A DNA stretch of 63,967 nucleotides, filler included. It is 13 parts of 13 records of this genome, joined end to end, with 100 filler letters (N's around TTAATTAATTAA, not from the genome) between each part and the next. Parts side by side here need not be neighbours in the genome. Positions count along the whole stretch, not along the records: positions 16,978 to 23,160 come from SRR15195285_7440; positions 23,261 to 28,435 come from SRR15195285_7441; positions 28,536 to 32,044 come from SRR15195285_7450; positions 32,145 to 35,865 come from SRR15195285_7453; 9 more parts are not named here. One strand, 5' to 3'. Of the stretch, positions 21,901-34,449 are shown piece after piece (position 1 is the first letter of the stretch; the number at the start of each line of letters is the position of its first letter). A program made the translations under genes and the position numbers. The notes beneath the pieces were generated by a model. It saw only the letters and a list, made by a program, of their open reading frames with translations, did not search any database and was not told the origin of the DNA.

Positions 21901-22915
21901 AGGACAGTCAGACGGATATCAGTGGCTGCGACGCTACAGTCGTTGCGCAACGAAACTTGAAACAAGCGCTTCCCATTTTCCCAGCCAAACAGGCCACGAA
22001 CCGTAAGGAACGCATCACGCGAACAGTCCATGGCAGCGGGAGGCTCAGTGGGCCACGCAGCTTGCAATGAACCTGCAAGCCATATGTCAGCAAACGCAGA
22101 AGCGTTTGCCCGGTCTAGCGCAAACGGTGTGGTCTTATCCAGTCGGTTGGGTGCCGGCGTGGGCTCGGACTGGGCTTCACTTTCGTCGCTTTCCTGGTCG
22201 CATTCGTCGCCTCGTGCGACTGCTGCTGCCGTTCCTAATAAATCGACCTGCGCCCGGCGCAACGCTCTCATCGGACCTTTCATTACACCACCCATGGACT
22301 GTGAGAGAAGTTCCACTTCCTCCAGCAGTGCTTTACGATTGGTGCCTGTTGCGGTGGCCAGCTGCGCCTGCAGAGATCGACGAACCTCGATGTGTGCGAC
22401 GATTGGATCGATGGCCGCAAGTTCCAAAGCAACCTCGACCTTCGAATGCAATGCCGAGTCTACGTGCGGGACTTTCGAAGTACGGCACCATTGCTGGGAT
22501 GCAGCGTGGTATGCGGTGACATCGTCGGCGACGCTACGAAAGCCGCTCAGTCCGTCGACAAGGCTGTCGGAGAACGCGCTGTGGCAGTCGCAGAACTGTC
22601 GCAGGCCATCGATATAGCTTCGAAGGTTTGCGACCATACTATCCAGCTGTCGTTGGCTGCGGCGAAGTCATCGTAAGCCTTGTCTCGTTTGAGTGCTCGA
22701 CGCATCCCGCCCATCCTCTTGCGTCTGCCCTTGCTGCGCCCGTCATTCCAATCGCCGACGGCATCATCCAGGCTCTCCGCACCAGCGAAGCCATCATTGC
22801 CCGTGTTCCCCTGCTCCCCTTGAAGGTCAGAGATCTCTCTGTGCGTCATATCCGGCCCGCGTGGAGTCCCTCGCTTGCCTCCCAGCTGCTCCATCATCTC
22901 CGGAGTGATCATCAT
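18938..22915 (-). CDS. BAR-like + beta-adaptin-appendage-like protein with Tyr/Gly repeats; needs two -1 frameshifts (~22648, ~20572) and introns 19341-19464 and 19112-19262
   Basis: Three overlapping ORFs read as one protein; LDSMVANLRSYIDGLRQF (BAR-like); LPYHLLLHGGYTMPYDEFDNQW (ear-platform-like); GT..AG introns near the 3' end; last exon uncertain. Confidence 0.65.
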
Positions 22916-23260
22916 GCTGGACGACCGCCGCCTGTAGGACGACGACGGCGACGACGGACGCCACTCACGCAGCGAGCGAGGTCTCAGCTCCGCGACGTGC
23001 GACCGGCGCCGGCGCTGCACCAGGCGTACGTGCGTTCGTGCTGCGCCCGGGCCATGACAATGTGATTCCCGGGTCGGGGCAGCAGGAATCCTACATGTAT
23101 GTGCCCTTCATAGCCCATATACTAGTATGGTCGGTGCCAATGGCAGTGTGCGAGGGAAGANNNNNNNNNNNNNNNNNNNNNNNNNNNNNNNNNNNNNNNN
23201 NNNNTTAATTAATTAANNNNNNNNNNNNNNNNNNNNNNNNNNNNNNNNNNNNNNNNNNNN

Positions 23261-26082
23261 CTGGCAAATACGCTCAGCCCGGCGCAGCGAACTGCACACA
23301 GTGTGAGCAGGGCTACTGGTGCCCTGGCTCTACGGACAAGGTTTCTTGCGGCGCCGGGACATGGTCGAAAGACACTGGTGCATCGAGCGCAGAAGCCTGT
23401 GCATCATGTGCTGTGCCAGCCGCTTGTCTATCGGGTGGTCGGTGTAGGAGCGGTCACCAAGGCGACTTTTGTCTGTCTTGCCAGGCGGATCCATCACCGT
23501 GGTATGCAATCGAGGACTTGTGCTCCCCGTGCCCGGCAAACACGACGCTGCGCATGGCTATCGCCGGGAGCACGCTGTTCGTCTTTGCAATCATTGTGCT
23601 TTGGATGGGCTTCGCTGGCAAAACGCGCACCAGCGGATTGGTCGGCAACAATATCACCGTGCCCTTCTCGATTCTGTTCACGAACCTGCAAATCGTCATG
23701 AAACTTTACGAACTCGATCTGCGCTGGCCAAACTTTGTACGTCCCTTCATTGAGGATCTAGAGATGTTTGTCGACCTGGACTTCGCTTCGCTCTCCATGA
23801 CAGACCCAGCATGCAGCTTCAAGTTCGAGAACGCTGGTGATGGCTACCGACTTCACCAGAACCTTGTGCTGCTTATGCTGCCAGTCTTCTGTCTTTGCAT
23901 AGCAGTTCTGCACCCAGTATTGTCCTGTTTGATGCCTAGCCGCGCTACGTCGGGCAGTGGGCGCATTCGGGACATACCTGGTGAAGTATCAAACGCGTGC
24001 GTAGCGGCATTCTCTACGATGTTCATGGGAATCGCTGCAAATGTGCTAGAAGCATTTCACTGCACCACACGTGTCCAGCCACAGCTGCACATGGACCAGC
24101 ATACACATATCATGTGCGACTTTACCAACGGCTCGTACTTGATGATATTCTCGGCTGGGCTGTTGATGTTGCTAATTTACATTCTTGGTCTCCCGCTCAT
24201 GATTTTCATGGCCCTTTCTGGTCGGAATCGACGATGGGTCCCACTGGACAAGGAGAACTATGTCGATCCACCAAACTCGTTCTTGGTGTGCTGGAGATCC
24301 TTGAAGAAATGCTGGGTGCACACGACTACGTCGCCGGCTCTCCTTTATGCGCATGCGTTTCAGGGTGAACAGAGTGTGCGCTTGGTGAGAAAGGATAAAG
24401 AAAAGAGACTTGCGGCGACAAAAGAGAACAACGAGAAGGTGGAACTGCAACTGGAGACTCGCATCAAAGGAGGTCGCAGTCATGTCTGCACGCACAGGTG
24501 CACCTTGCTTCCCGCGACCGTTGACCGAGAGTATGAGTCCGAGCTTGACTCTAAGACGCATCTATCCTTGGATTTATCTGAACGGATCCAGGGCGGAAAA
24601 AAAGCGAAGAAGGCCGCGATCAAAGCTGCCCGAGAGGCTGAGGAGGCGTACAAAGAAGAAAGCGATGAGGAGGAGAAGGTTGTCAAAAAGAAGATTGTCA
24701 AAAGGAAGCCAAAGAATACAGGAACGCTCAACAGCTACAGCTACAAGGACAACTCGTTTAAAGATGGCACTAGCAAACCGGCGGGGGCACCGGTGCGCTC
24801 AAAGTCGTCACGCAAGCTGCGATCTGATCTAATGGGTCCAACATCAGCACTAAAGGCATCATCGTTTGCGGATTTGCATCACGCAAAGGAAGCCAAAAAG
24901 AAAGCTGCGAGAGACCGACAATCTAACGTGATCTCAACAAGTTCTTGGTCGGAGCAAGTATCTGAGGGCGAGACGAAAGCTGCGAAGAGCTTCCGAGAAC
25001 GTCAGAAGGCCCAATCGGATGGTGCCGAGGGTGGGGTCAAAAAGGTCGGTCTCAAATCAGAGTCGTTTAAAAAGCGGATGGCGCAGATCGGTTCTGTTGG
25101 GAGTGGCTTCAGAGCTGGCGGCAGCTTCAAAGACAGTCGGGTAGTCCCTGAATCTGAGGCAGCCAAACGCGCGGCAAGAAAGCTCAAGTACTCGAGCTAT
25201 AAAAGCGGCTGGTGTAGACGGGGGCCTCCAGAATATGATGTGGACGAGGAGGAAACAGATGGTTATATCTACTGGCACGCAAGCACACGCGAGATGCTCG
25301 GCTGGGCTCATTTGCGATTCCGACCTGAGTGCTGGTGGTTTGAATTTGTCTTCATGGGACGTAAACTCGCAGTGGTCGCCGTCACCACTTACCTCGACAA
25401 TGTTGGAGAAGGTTACGTTGCGTTGTCTGCAATTGCTGCGATCACAGTGATAGCATTCGCTGCGCAGTGTTTCTTTACACCATTCCCAGAGGATCGGGCT
25501 GCGCGTTACTCCAAGGCGCTATGCCCCTGCTGCTCCGCAGCTGGTCTCTGCTCGCCGCACCAAGGCTTTTTCAAGTACCCTGTTCGAGTGCTGCTGGCCT
25601 TCTCGAATCCGTCACTGAACGACCTCGAACTTGCTGGGCTGACGTGCCAGCTGGCTATACTCTTATGTGGTCTTGGGTGCCTGGTCTGGGGTGAGGACAA
25701 TTCGATCAACGGTGACAACACGACTGAGCAGTTAACCTTTGTCTTTGGGGCTGCCTCTATGTGTTCGTCACTCCTGTTCGTCACCTTGGTGCTTATCTTC
25801 TGGTGCAACGCGATACGGCGCCGTGGGCAGAGCACGCAAGTGTCAACAGACGTAGGCAATGTGGGGATCAGTGAGGATGAGGACGAGGACGAGATCAAGG
25901 ACGGGGAGGAGGACGAAAAGAACAGTGCGGGTGGGAGTGACAGTGAAATGGTTACTCCTCTCCCACTGGACGTTGAGATGGCTGACGATAAAGCTGGAAC
26001 AGAGCAGCAATCTGAGGAACAGCCCGTGAAACAAAAACTGTCCGGAGGCAGTAGTACCCGCACCCGCAAGAAAAAGCGGTAA
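23261..26082 (+). CDS. 5'-partial Cys-rich (GCC2/GCC3-like) ectodomain + multi-TM (TRP-C-terminal-like) receptor with a long basic cytoplasmic loop
   Basis: CxxC repeats at the contig start; LQIVMKLYELDLRWP, EAFHC...HMDQHTHIMC, FRPECWWFEFVFMGRKLAVV, LNDLELAGL. Confidence 0.8.
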
Positions 26083-26223
26083 CGTGCCCCTGTTTGTGCG
26101 TGTAGATGGGCCTTTTGGAATTCATTCGTTGCTGCCTCGCGATCTCTGAACTCGGCGCAGATCAGCCTCAGCTCTACCCACGTGCAGCAGCTCATAGCAT
26201 CTCCTTAGCATCTCATTTGAAAG

Positions 26224-28114
26224 TTAGTTCTTGTCCCGGGTGTGCTTTATGCCTTCCATCGGGAACGCAGCAGGGAGGAACCCCCACCGTTTGTAGACAA
26301 GCGACAGTACGCTCTGATCATGCCGATGACCAAGGAAGCCGTGTGCCTCCACTGAGCTGCTACCTCTGGACGTTGATGGCGCATCAGTCAGCAAACGACC
26401 TCGCTGATCTGCGAAAGCACTCCAACAGTCTACGTTAGGCAGGCACACCCTTTGCTAGGTAGAAGCCCGGTGCGTGATGCGCATTAAGCAACGGGCAAAA
26501 CAAGATAGTCAAGAGTTTAGCACACACCGAGACAAGCGGACAGCCAGTCGTTAACAAACGCAATTGACTGGGGTGATCTTCGCACAACAACCCACGTTGC
26601 GCTGAGCTGACTGCTCTGGAGAATCTGCTCCCGCTTACTCGTGCCTTCAGTGCCACCATCATGACCGCGGTCAGAAGCACCACTACCGCCTGATGCTGAA
26701 GTGGTAGCGTCTCGTCTTGAGTCATTTCGACCATACGAATCACCCAGACCCAAGAGCGCGGCATTGACCAGGTCACGCTTCGTCCGCTGCCACTCTGGGC
26801 TCCCCTCTGCGTACACAAGCACATCCTGCCGAAACCCCTGTGCGGTCCGACTGTGGTTGTAAAGAAAATTCCACTCCGCCTCTCTGTGCGCCAACGAATC
26901 TGCCTTGAAGTATGTACCCGCATCTCCGTAGAAAACAAGGTCGTCATCCTGAGCCAGCTCCAGAAGTGTCCGTAGTAGGAAGTACGGCTTCCACGCCCAG
27001 TAGCCAGCACCTCGCGTCTCGTGCAGTAGATCATGGTAGGTATCAGCAAACTGTTTCCCATAGTGCTCGCGGCTGGGTTGCACAACTGCATCGAATCCAG
27101 CGAAAGCTAAGCCCGTCAACGCATTTAGGACCTTTGAGCGCATGCAGCAGTCAATTCCCACGCTCAGGAGCAGCCGCTGCGGCCGTAGTTGTGACGAACC
27201 AGCGACAGCGTGTTCCAGTTTTGCCCGAGCTTCCTGGAAAAGTCTCCCCTCATGCGATCGTGACGAGTACGTCAAGACATAGCTATCAGCAGTTTCGAGA
27301 CTTGCGGCAAATTCTGCCACACCCAATTTTGGAATGGGTATCAGCGTTTCGTGTTTATCGCACAAGTCTGTTGGAACTCGTGGCCGCAATTGCTGGCTCG
27401 CCGAGGGACTCTCTGCGTAGCCCTCCGTCCGGCCGACGACCATTCCAGAGACCGCCCCAGGGACATCCTCTGCATACCAGCCCCTGAAGACGTGGTCTCT
27501 CCCGCCTGCATTGTACCTTGCCCCTAGGTAGCAACGGCCAGCGGGGGTGAAGGTGAAGACCCAGCACGGCGGCCCATTGCCAACGCACAGGGCGCGACAG
27601 TGTGCTGCTGAAGGTACCACAACCACGGCCAGCAGACCAGGACAGATCAGATGGCTGAAGCCACTATAAGCAATGTGGACGTCTGCCCTTGCCCCGTCCG
27701 CTGAGTGCACGTCTGCCCGTGAGATCGCCTCTAGCGGGACGGTAAGTAGAGCCTGCGGCTCGCTGGCATAGCGCGCGTACCGTGCGGCTTGATCCGCCCC
27801 TCCGAAAAGTCCGAACGCTTTCCACGCCTGTACCAGGCAACAATGATCTTTCACAGCCAACAGCGCACACAGGAACTCCATTGCAAACATGAGATAATCT
27901 TGAACATCGGAGTCCGTACGAACGCAACGACGCTGGAGGCGGCACTGCCGAGTAGGGCACACAGGCTGAGCCCAAAGAGGACGCTCAGGGCCCGCAGCAG
28001 CCGCCGCCGCGCGCGCAACGGGATTGCCTTGCGGGCCGCCGCCGACAGCGCGCGTTTGCTCGCTCGGGCGTCGGCCCTCTGCTCGTGGCGACCCCCAGCC
28101 CCACTCGCCAGCAT
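26224..28114 (-). CDS. Type II membrane protein: PAN/apple-like module + putative glycosyltransferase (DUF1647-like); introns 27828-27919 and 26409-26527
   Basis: N-terminal TM; CRALC..CWVFTF..CYL; RGAGYWAWKP, FYGDAG, WQRTKRD, HRHDQSVLSL. Confidence 0.75.
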
Positions 28115-28882
28115 CCCGCCTGCGTGCCGTCACGGGCCCACCGTGTGGGGCCGGCGCGGGCGCCTCGCGCGCGGCATGTCCGCGTAGTCGCAAGTCGGCT
28201 CTTGGACAACGCCGAATTGTACTATAGTGTACACACCTGTACATGTACGGTACACATGCATTGGAATCAATGGAAATCTCCACCGATTTTCGGCCAACGA
28301 CTCGGAATCACCACAAATCCGATACTGTGTGTGTACCTTCTCCGGATAATACATATGGACCCGAGGGAGCCCTAGCGCTATCGCCCCTCTATTACAGCTC
28401 TATCCGGCGCCCCCCAAGGCCGAGTCGCACCACGCNNNNNNNNNNNNNNNNNNNNNNNNNNNNNNNNNNNNNNNNNNNNTTAATTAATTAANNNNNNNNN
28501 NNNNNNNNNNNNNNNNNNNNNNNNNNNNNNNNNNNTGCCGAACACTCACGATTCTTCAAGGTTCGCGTGGTAATATTCGAATATTCGCGAATAGTATCGC
28601 ATGGTGTATCTAGGATATCGGCTATCGCGCGATTGTACTTGGGTACTGTATAGTAGTTAGTACTACGGTAGTCGAGTACTAGCTAGATCTACTACGGTAG
28701 TAGATCTAGTACTCGGTACGAAAATGACCATCGGACGTCGCGGTAGCCAGCACGCACCCGCAGAGCGCAGTGCGCAGAGCGCAGTGTGCCGGGGAGTGCG
28801 GCAACGGCGCGTCTACGACGTGATCCTCGGCTCCCCTGCTGCCGTGATCGATGGCGCGGTAACAAATAACACGGCCCGGCCG

Positions 28883-30351
28883 ATGGGGTGCGGAGCCTCA
28901 GCTGCGCGGCGCAATGCCCGGGTGACCCGTGGTGGGTTGGAGCAGCGCTCAGGCATTGACGGCCTGCCGGCGCCAGAGCAGCGCCGGAAACTGGGTGTGG
29001 GCAGCAAGCACCGTGCGCGGGTCACTGCGGCGCTGCGAGACATGCCGCTGCTGGCGCACGTCAGCGATCAGGATCTCGCCGAAATCGTCCGACGGAAACT
29101 GCCGGAGCCGTTCGTGGTTTCGGACGGGACGGAGATTGTGAGCGAAGGCTTTGTCCCGGCATTGAGTGGCGACGGCACGATCGACGGCCTGTTCGTCCTC
29201 CTCGACGGTGCCGTACACGTCGTCAAAACCTTCCAGTTCGGTCCCCAAGGAGTGTGGGCCTTTCGGACTGAGGCTCAACAGCAGTCGTGTCCTTTCTTTG
29301 GCGAGCGTGTTTTGTGCGGGCTGTCTGGTGCTCGGGCTGCGACAGTGGCGGCAGTTGGCCACGCTGAGTTGTTGAACGTTCCGCGTGCAGTCTGGACGCA
29401 GGTCTTCACGCGCGCCATGGGTCGCGTGGTAGAGGAGCAGCAGATGCTGCAAATGCAGCGTGAGTACACCCTGCTGCTAGAAGGCGGGCACTCAGAGCTG
29501 GCTGATGAGTTTGGCGAGGACATGCAGCAATTTGCGCGCGACAAACGCCTGCCTGTGCCGGACGTGGTTGAGAAATCAAAGGGCAGGCAGCAACGGCAAC
29601 GCCGCGGGTCCGTAACTAAAGTTGTTACGAGAGACGAACTGCGTGCGAACAAACGCCGTGCAAGTGTTTGTGAGCTGGATATGGCGGCGACACAGCAACG
29701 CACGAGACGCCCATCAGCGGCGGTCGTTGATACAGCTCATCGTAATCGGCGTATGTCTGTGACGGAAAACCTCATTAGTGAGTGCGCTCTCTCGCCTACT
29801 GTCGCAACCTGCTTGCCTAACTGTGGCGTTTCTACTGCTGGTCGTTTGCTCTCGTTCACACTGCAGGCAGCCAGAGGGCACCAACGCGATATCAGGGCCG
29901 CGCGGAACGAAGAAAATCTGGTGGTGCGGACGTTCTCAGCGATGCCGATGGGGACAGGGAGAGGGACAGGGACAGGGACAGAGATAGGGGCAGGGGCAGG
30001 GACAAGGACAGCCATAGCAGGCGGCGCAAAAGTGTGGAAGATTGTGGCTCCCGACAGAGACGCAGCTCGTCTACAGCAGTAGACAGGAAACACTCGCGGC
30101 GGAGAAAGTCGGTTTCGGAAGGGCTCATTGAAAGTGAGCACAGCACAGACACGCACCACGGCCACCGTCGTCGGCGCAAGTCCGTCGACAAACCAAAATC
30201 ATCCAACCCTATCGGCGAGGACGGCAGTTGCGTGCAAAGCGATGGCGTGGCGTTACCAGGGCAATTGCCGCTGTCACCTGCAGAGGCCACAGGTGACGAC
30301 GATGGTGTAGAGGACAGAGATACTTCGCACAATCTCAAAGAAGTGACGTGA
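28883..30351 (+). CDS. N-acylated cyclic-nucleotide-binding domain protein with an RD/RS-rich tail; intron 29778-29866
   Basis: MGCGAS start; IVSEG...LFVLLDGAVHV, FFGERVL...ARAATVAA; repeated RRxS motifs. Confidence 0.8.
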
Positions 30352-30456
30352 GTTCAGGGAATAAAAATATACTGTATGTTATTGGCAACAGCAAACCGAC
30401 CTCTGTGATTACTACTTGCTGCCACTGTCGGATTTGCACGCCAACGCTGCGGACCG

Positions 30457-31458
30457 CTAGCTGTGGGCCGGATGAGCACGCGCCGACTGCGGCGGTAAGC
30501 CCTCCGCAACAGCATCCTCGGGTGTTTGCCTGGCGTGAAGTCGGCGAAGGTATTCCGCTGCTTCCGTGTTCTCGTGCTCGATCGCCACCCGCAATGGCGT
30601 TCGACCAAGGCGATCTTGGTGCTCGATGTCCGCCCCAAATACCATGGCCAGGGATTGGATCATCGCCACGCGATTCCACCGGGCCGCAACGGTCAGCGCT
30701 GAGAATCCATCAGCGTCGGTCGCATCAATCTTCGCTCCACGCCGTAGACACTCGCGTACTGACGCAGGGTCTCCTGACCACGCGGCGTATCGGAGCGCGC
30801 GGTTTGGATCCTTGTCCGTCTGGGTGACTCTTGCAGGACTCTGGCGTTCGCGTTCATCATCGAAGGAAGCGCCCAGCAGGTGCTCATTTCGGCGTGGCAG
30901 GCATCCTTCCAGCCCTACCACCTTCAGAAAACCTCGACCGACTTGCGTCGCGCGACCTGGCTTGGATGGCAGGGGTCGTGGCGGTGGATGTGACGAGCGG
31001 CGTTCCGGTGATGGTGATGACGGTGACGTCGCGCCTCGCGCCTTCGGCGACATGTCCTTCAACGCCAGCTGCTTCGCGAGGAACTTGATCACACTCGTGG
31101 CGAGGAAGTATGCACGGCCGTTCACTTCGACCGGCTCCACGGTCAGCATGTTGCGGAACGGCCTTCGCATCCCGTCGTAGTTGATCAGTGTGACCTGGAC
31201 TGTGGTGCGCTCCTTCACTGCTTTCATCAGGCGCCCGAGCTCCTCGGTGTCCGTTCGCGGGCCTTGAAGCAGCTTCAGCGTGTTGCCGACGATCTGCTCG
31301 CGCTCGAAGTTGCAGGTCGTGAGCCAGTTGTCGTTGACGTCCAACACGTGATGAGGTGCCACGCTGTCCATAAGCATCGCCGGTCGGTGCTCAATATCCG
31401 CACGCACGTCGCACACCCGCGGCGACCCTGTAGGCTCCTTCCGCGCGACGTCCGCCAT
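30457..31458 (-). CDS. LOV-like PAS domain + ankyrin-repeat protein
   Basis: VNDNWLTTCNFEREQIVGNTLKLLQGPRTD...LINY...PFRNMLTVEPV; ankyrin motifs DGFSALTVAA and LGRTPLRVA. Confidence 0.85.
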   Translation of the reverse strand: MADVARKEPTGSPRVCDVRADIEHRPAMLMDSVAPHHVLDVNDNWLTTCNFEREQIVGNTLKLLQGPRTDTEELGRLMKAVKERTTVQVTLINYDGMRRPFRNMLTVEPVEVNGRAYFLATSVIKFLAKQLALKDMSPKARGATSPSSPSPERRSSHPPPRPLPSKPGRATQVGRGFLKVVGLEGCLPRRNEHLLGASFDDERERQSPARVTQTDKDPNRALRYAAWSGDPASVRECLRRGAKIDATDADGFSALTVAARWNRVAMIQSLAMVFGADIEHQDRLGRTPLRVAIEHENTEAAEYLRRLHARQTPEDAVAEGLPPQSARAHPAHS

Positions 31459-32302
31459 CCCAGCTGTTCCGGCTCCAAAGAAACTCCACCCCCACGCCTC
31501 ACCGCCTCCCCCCTGCCCTGCTCATCTCCCCCCGCTGTTCGTGTGGTGTTAGACTGCTAGCTAGTAGGCCAGTAGGCTGTGCGTCCTGCGCATATGCAGC
31601 GCATTGGCAGATCCAGACGCTCTGGACGCTCTCACGCTCTCAACGCCGCACCCACTCATCCGCTCAATTTCCACTCAATATCTCAATTCTATGAGTGACA
31701 ATTTCACGACGATTTTCCCGACATGACCCGGTTCTCGGTGCACTGGCCGGAAATGCTAGTGCCGGTAAATACACATCAGAAAATCTGCAGTTGATCTGTG
31801 ATTCATGTTCAGACGTCTTTTTGAACAAAAATGGGACGCAAGTTGGGAACGGGCAGGAAAGGAGTCAATTTCCTAGCTAGCACAAGCATTTCCATCATTG
31901 CATACTGGTACACGTAATAGTATCATAGCTATACTAGTAGTAAATCGTATCCACATGCTTGTGTGATGTGATTCTGTTCTCACCCGCGGCATCGGGTGGC
32001 CAATTCGATCGATCTTCGATGAGTCGACCTTTAATCAGATTGCGNNNNNNNNNNNNNNNNNNNNNNNNNNNNNNNNNNNNNNNNNNNNTTAATTAATTAA
32101 NNNNNNNNNNNNNNNNNNNNNNNNNNNNNNNNNNNNNNNNNNNNTGAATAGGGCTGCGAGTACCATAGCTGCGCATGCGCCGGAAACACCGCCGATAACC
32201 CTGCGGCTCCGGCTGGGCCCCCCGGCCGCCGCGGCCGGAGATGCCGCGGCGCCGCCGGCCGCGATCCCGCGCGTCGGTCCGTCGACGGATCGCGATGAGG
32301 TC

Positions 32303-33241
32303 ATGGACAGCAAGATGCCCGCCGCCGTTCGAGCGTTCATCGGCAAAACACGCGACAACGACAAAGATCACCACAAGCACACACGCTACAGCACCACTGC
32401 AACAAGCAGCAGCAGCAGCGCATTGGCTGGAGTACGTATCTGGCTGTTCTCCAGTAAGCAGTGTCACCTGCACCAGCACGCAGCTCACTCCGACACCGAG
32501 GTCTCGTGCAGCTGGTGCTACACGTACTGCGGTAGTGCTAGCTCAGCGATTTGACAGTCTACTATCGCCCTGCCTCAACACTTGGCACTTGGTATCGGCA
32601 CGTGTGAGAACGCAGCCATGTTTTTACCGGACGCTACACACCTTAGCCCTGGCTCATTAACCCCGATCGAGCTGCGCATGAACACCGGGACGAGTTTTGT
32701 TCCGAACCAGAGAACAAACTTGCAGCTAGATGACGGCGCAGCTCGGATGAGAGCACAGCTGTCAACGACTGCCCGTGATGCGACCGGGCTGACACGACCG
32801 CCGACATCTGCACCGAGCACCCCACCAACTACCCCACTGGCTCACGATGCAAAAGCCGCAGATGCTCACAGGAGAAGCGGGAGTCATGTCCCTGAGTCTG
32901 CCTTGCAGTCGCGAGGCAGTAGCGAGAATCAGCGAAATGACGCACGGTTTCCCCGTGATCGAAACGACCCGTCGTGGTGGCGCATGATCTTGCGAGATCT
33001 CCGCCAAATTATGTTGGTACCGATGCAGCAGACTGGAACGAACAACTCGCGTGCCCTGCGCCGGCGGCACCACCGGCACCGCCCGCCGCAGCTGCTCTGG
33101 CAGGGTCCACATGGTACTAGCACGCCACCTACATCTAGCTCTGGTTCTCAGCTGTCCTCGAAGCAGACCTTGACGCAGGCTCTGGCGATGCAGCGATTTC
33201 AACAACACCAGCAGGCGGTTGGCCAAGAGTTGGCCCTCTAG
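32303..33241 (+). CDS. Hypothetical low-complexity protein; probable intron ~32432-32557
   Basis: GTACGT donor and TTTGACAG acceptor join two ORFs; no recognisable domain. Confidence 0.35.
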
Positions 33242-34449
33242 AATCTTCCCGGTGTGAAGTGGTGATGTTGAGGGCGGTCAGAGGCCGTCCGGTGACGCTC
33301 GCAAGTTCCTGATGTTGATGCTGCTCACAGGTCTGTGTCTGATGGTGTCGGCGTGTGCTTAGTGTGCAGCCATTAGCAGACTTGGATGCGTTGAATGAAA
33401 TCCGAATGTTCACTACTCTCGCCATCACCGAAGCCAGATTCGCCTGAACAGCAGCATCCACCATCAGACCCGGAAGCGATACTCCACAGACACAGGCAGC
33501 ACATCGCACAAACACAATGAAGAGCACCAACAGTGCCGTCCTGGCCAAGACCATAGCGCCACCTTTATCAGAAGATCTGAGTGATTGTACATATGTGTCT
33601 GCTTGTCAGCACCACACATTGGTTTACCAAAAGTGGATACGACGAGTAGTGAGCAGGTCAGCACAACGGTATTCGAGTTCATTTCTATGCTATGGGCATA
33701 AGGTTTATGGCCGGTGTCAACGGGTAGCGTATAGTACTAGTAGTACTCTAGCGCACTCGCGCGCTTGTTTAAAAGTGCGGAGGCCAAGCGTCGTAGCGCT
33801 AGGAACTCCGTTCGCGCCTCTCGCCCTCAAAGACCTGACATTCACATACCACCTGTCCGAACTGATGAACACTAGCGCTCGCCACGCTGGTCAACCTGCA
33901 CTCGGGATTCCTTGGTACCTGTGTTATGATGGAAAGGAGTCCGCAACGGAGCCCCAAAATTGGCCCAGGGCCATCACATCGCTGTCGAATTCGATGAAAT
34001 TCCAGCACTCGAATTAGACCGATCGCTCGAGTTAGAGGCTAGCCCCTTCCTCAGAGATACAAAATTTCATCATTTACGATCTCTCGAGGTGCTGCGATAA
34101 AGACACTGTCTGAAAAATTTACTGCAGACACCGCGAGGAAAAAGTTACTGCAGACACCGCAACTGCGATGAGTGACACTGACCCCGCCTGGCGGTGTCTG
34201 GACACCGGAGGCGTGCGCGGGGGCGGGACGCGACGGACGGACGCGCGCGCGAGCGCGCGCTGCTGCGCCGCGGTGCGTGCGCTGGAGCGCTGCTGGAGCT
34301 GCTGGAGCTGCTGGGGGACTAGGACCGGGCGGCTCTGGGCGGCTGTCGTCGGCCCGACTGAAGCAAGAACAGCAGCGGCGCGCACTGTCCAGCGTTTCAA
34401 TGTTTCAGCGGCCAGAACCAACGATTCTTCGAGCTCGAAGTGAACCAAC

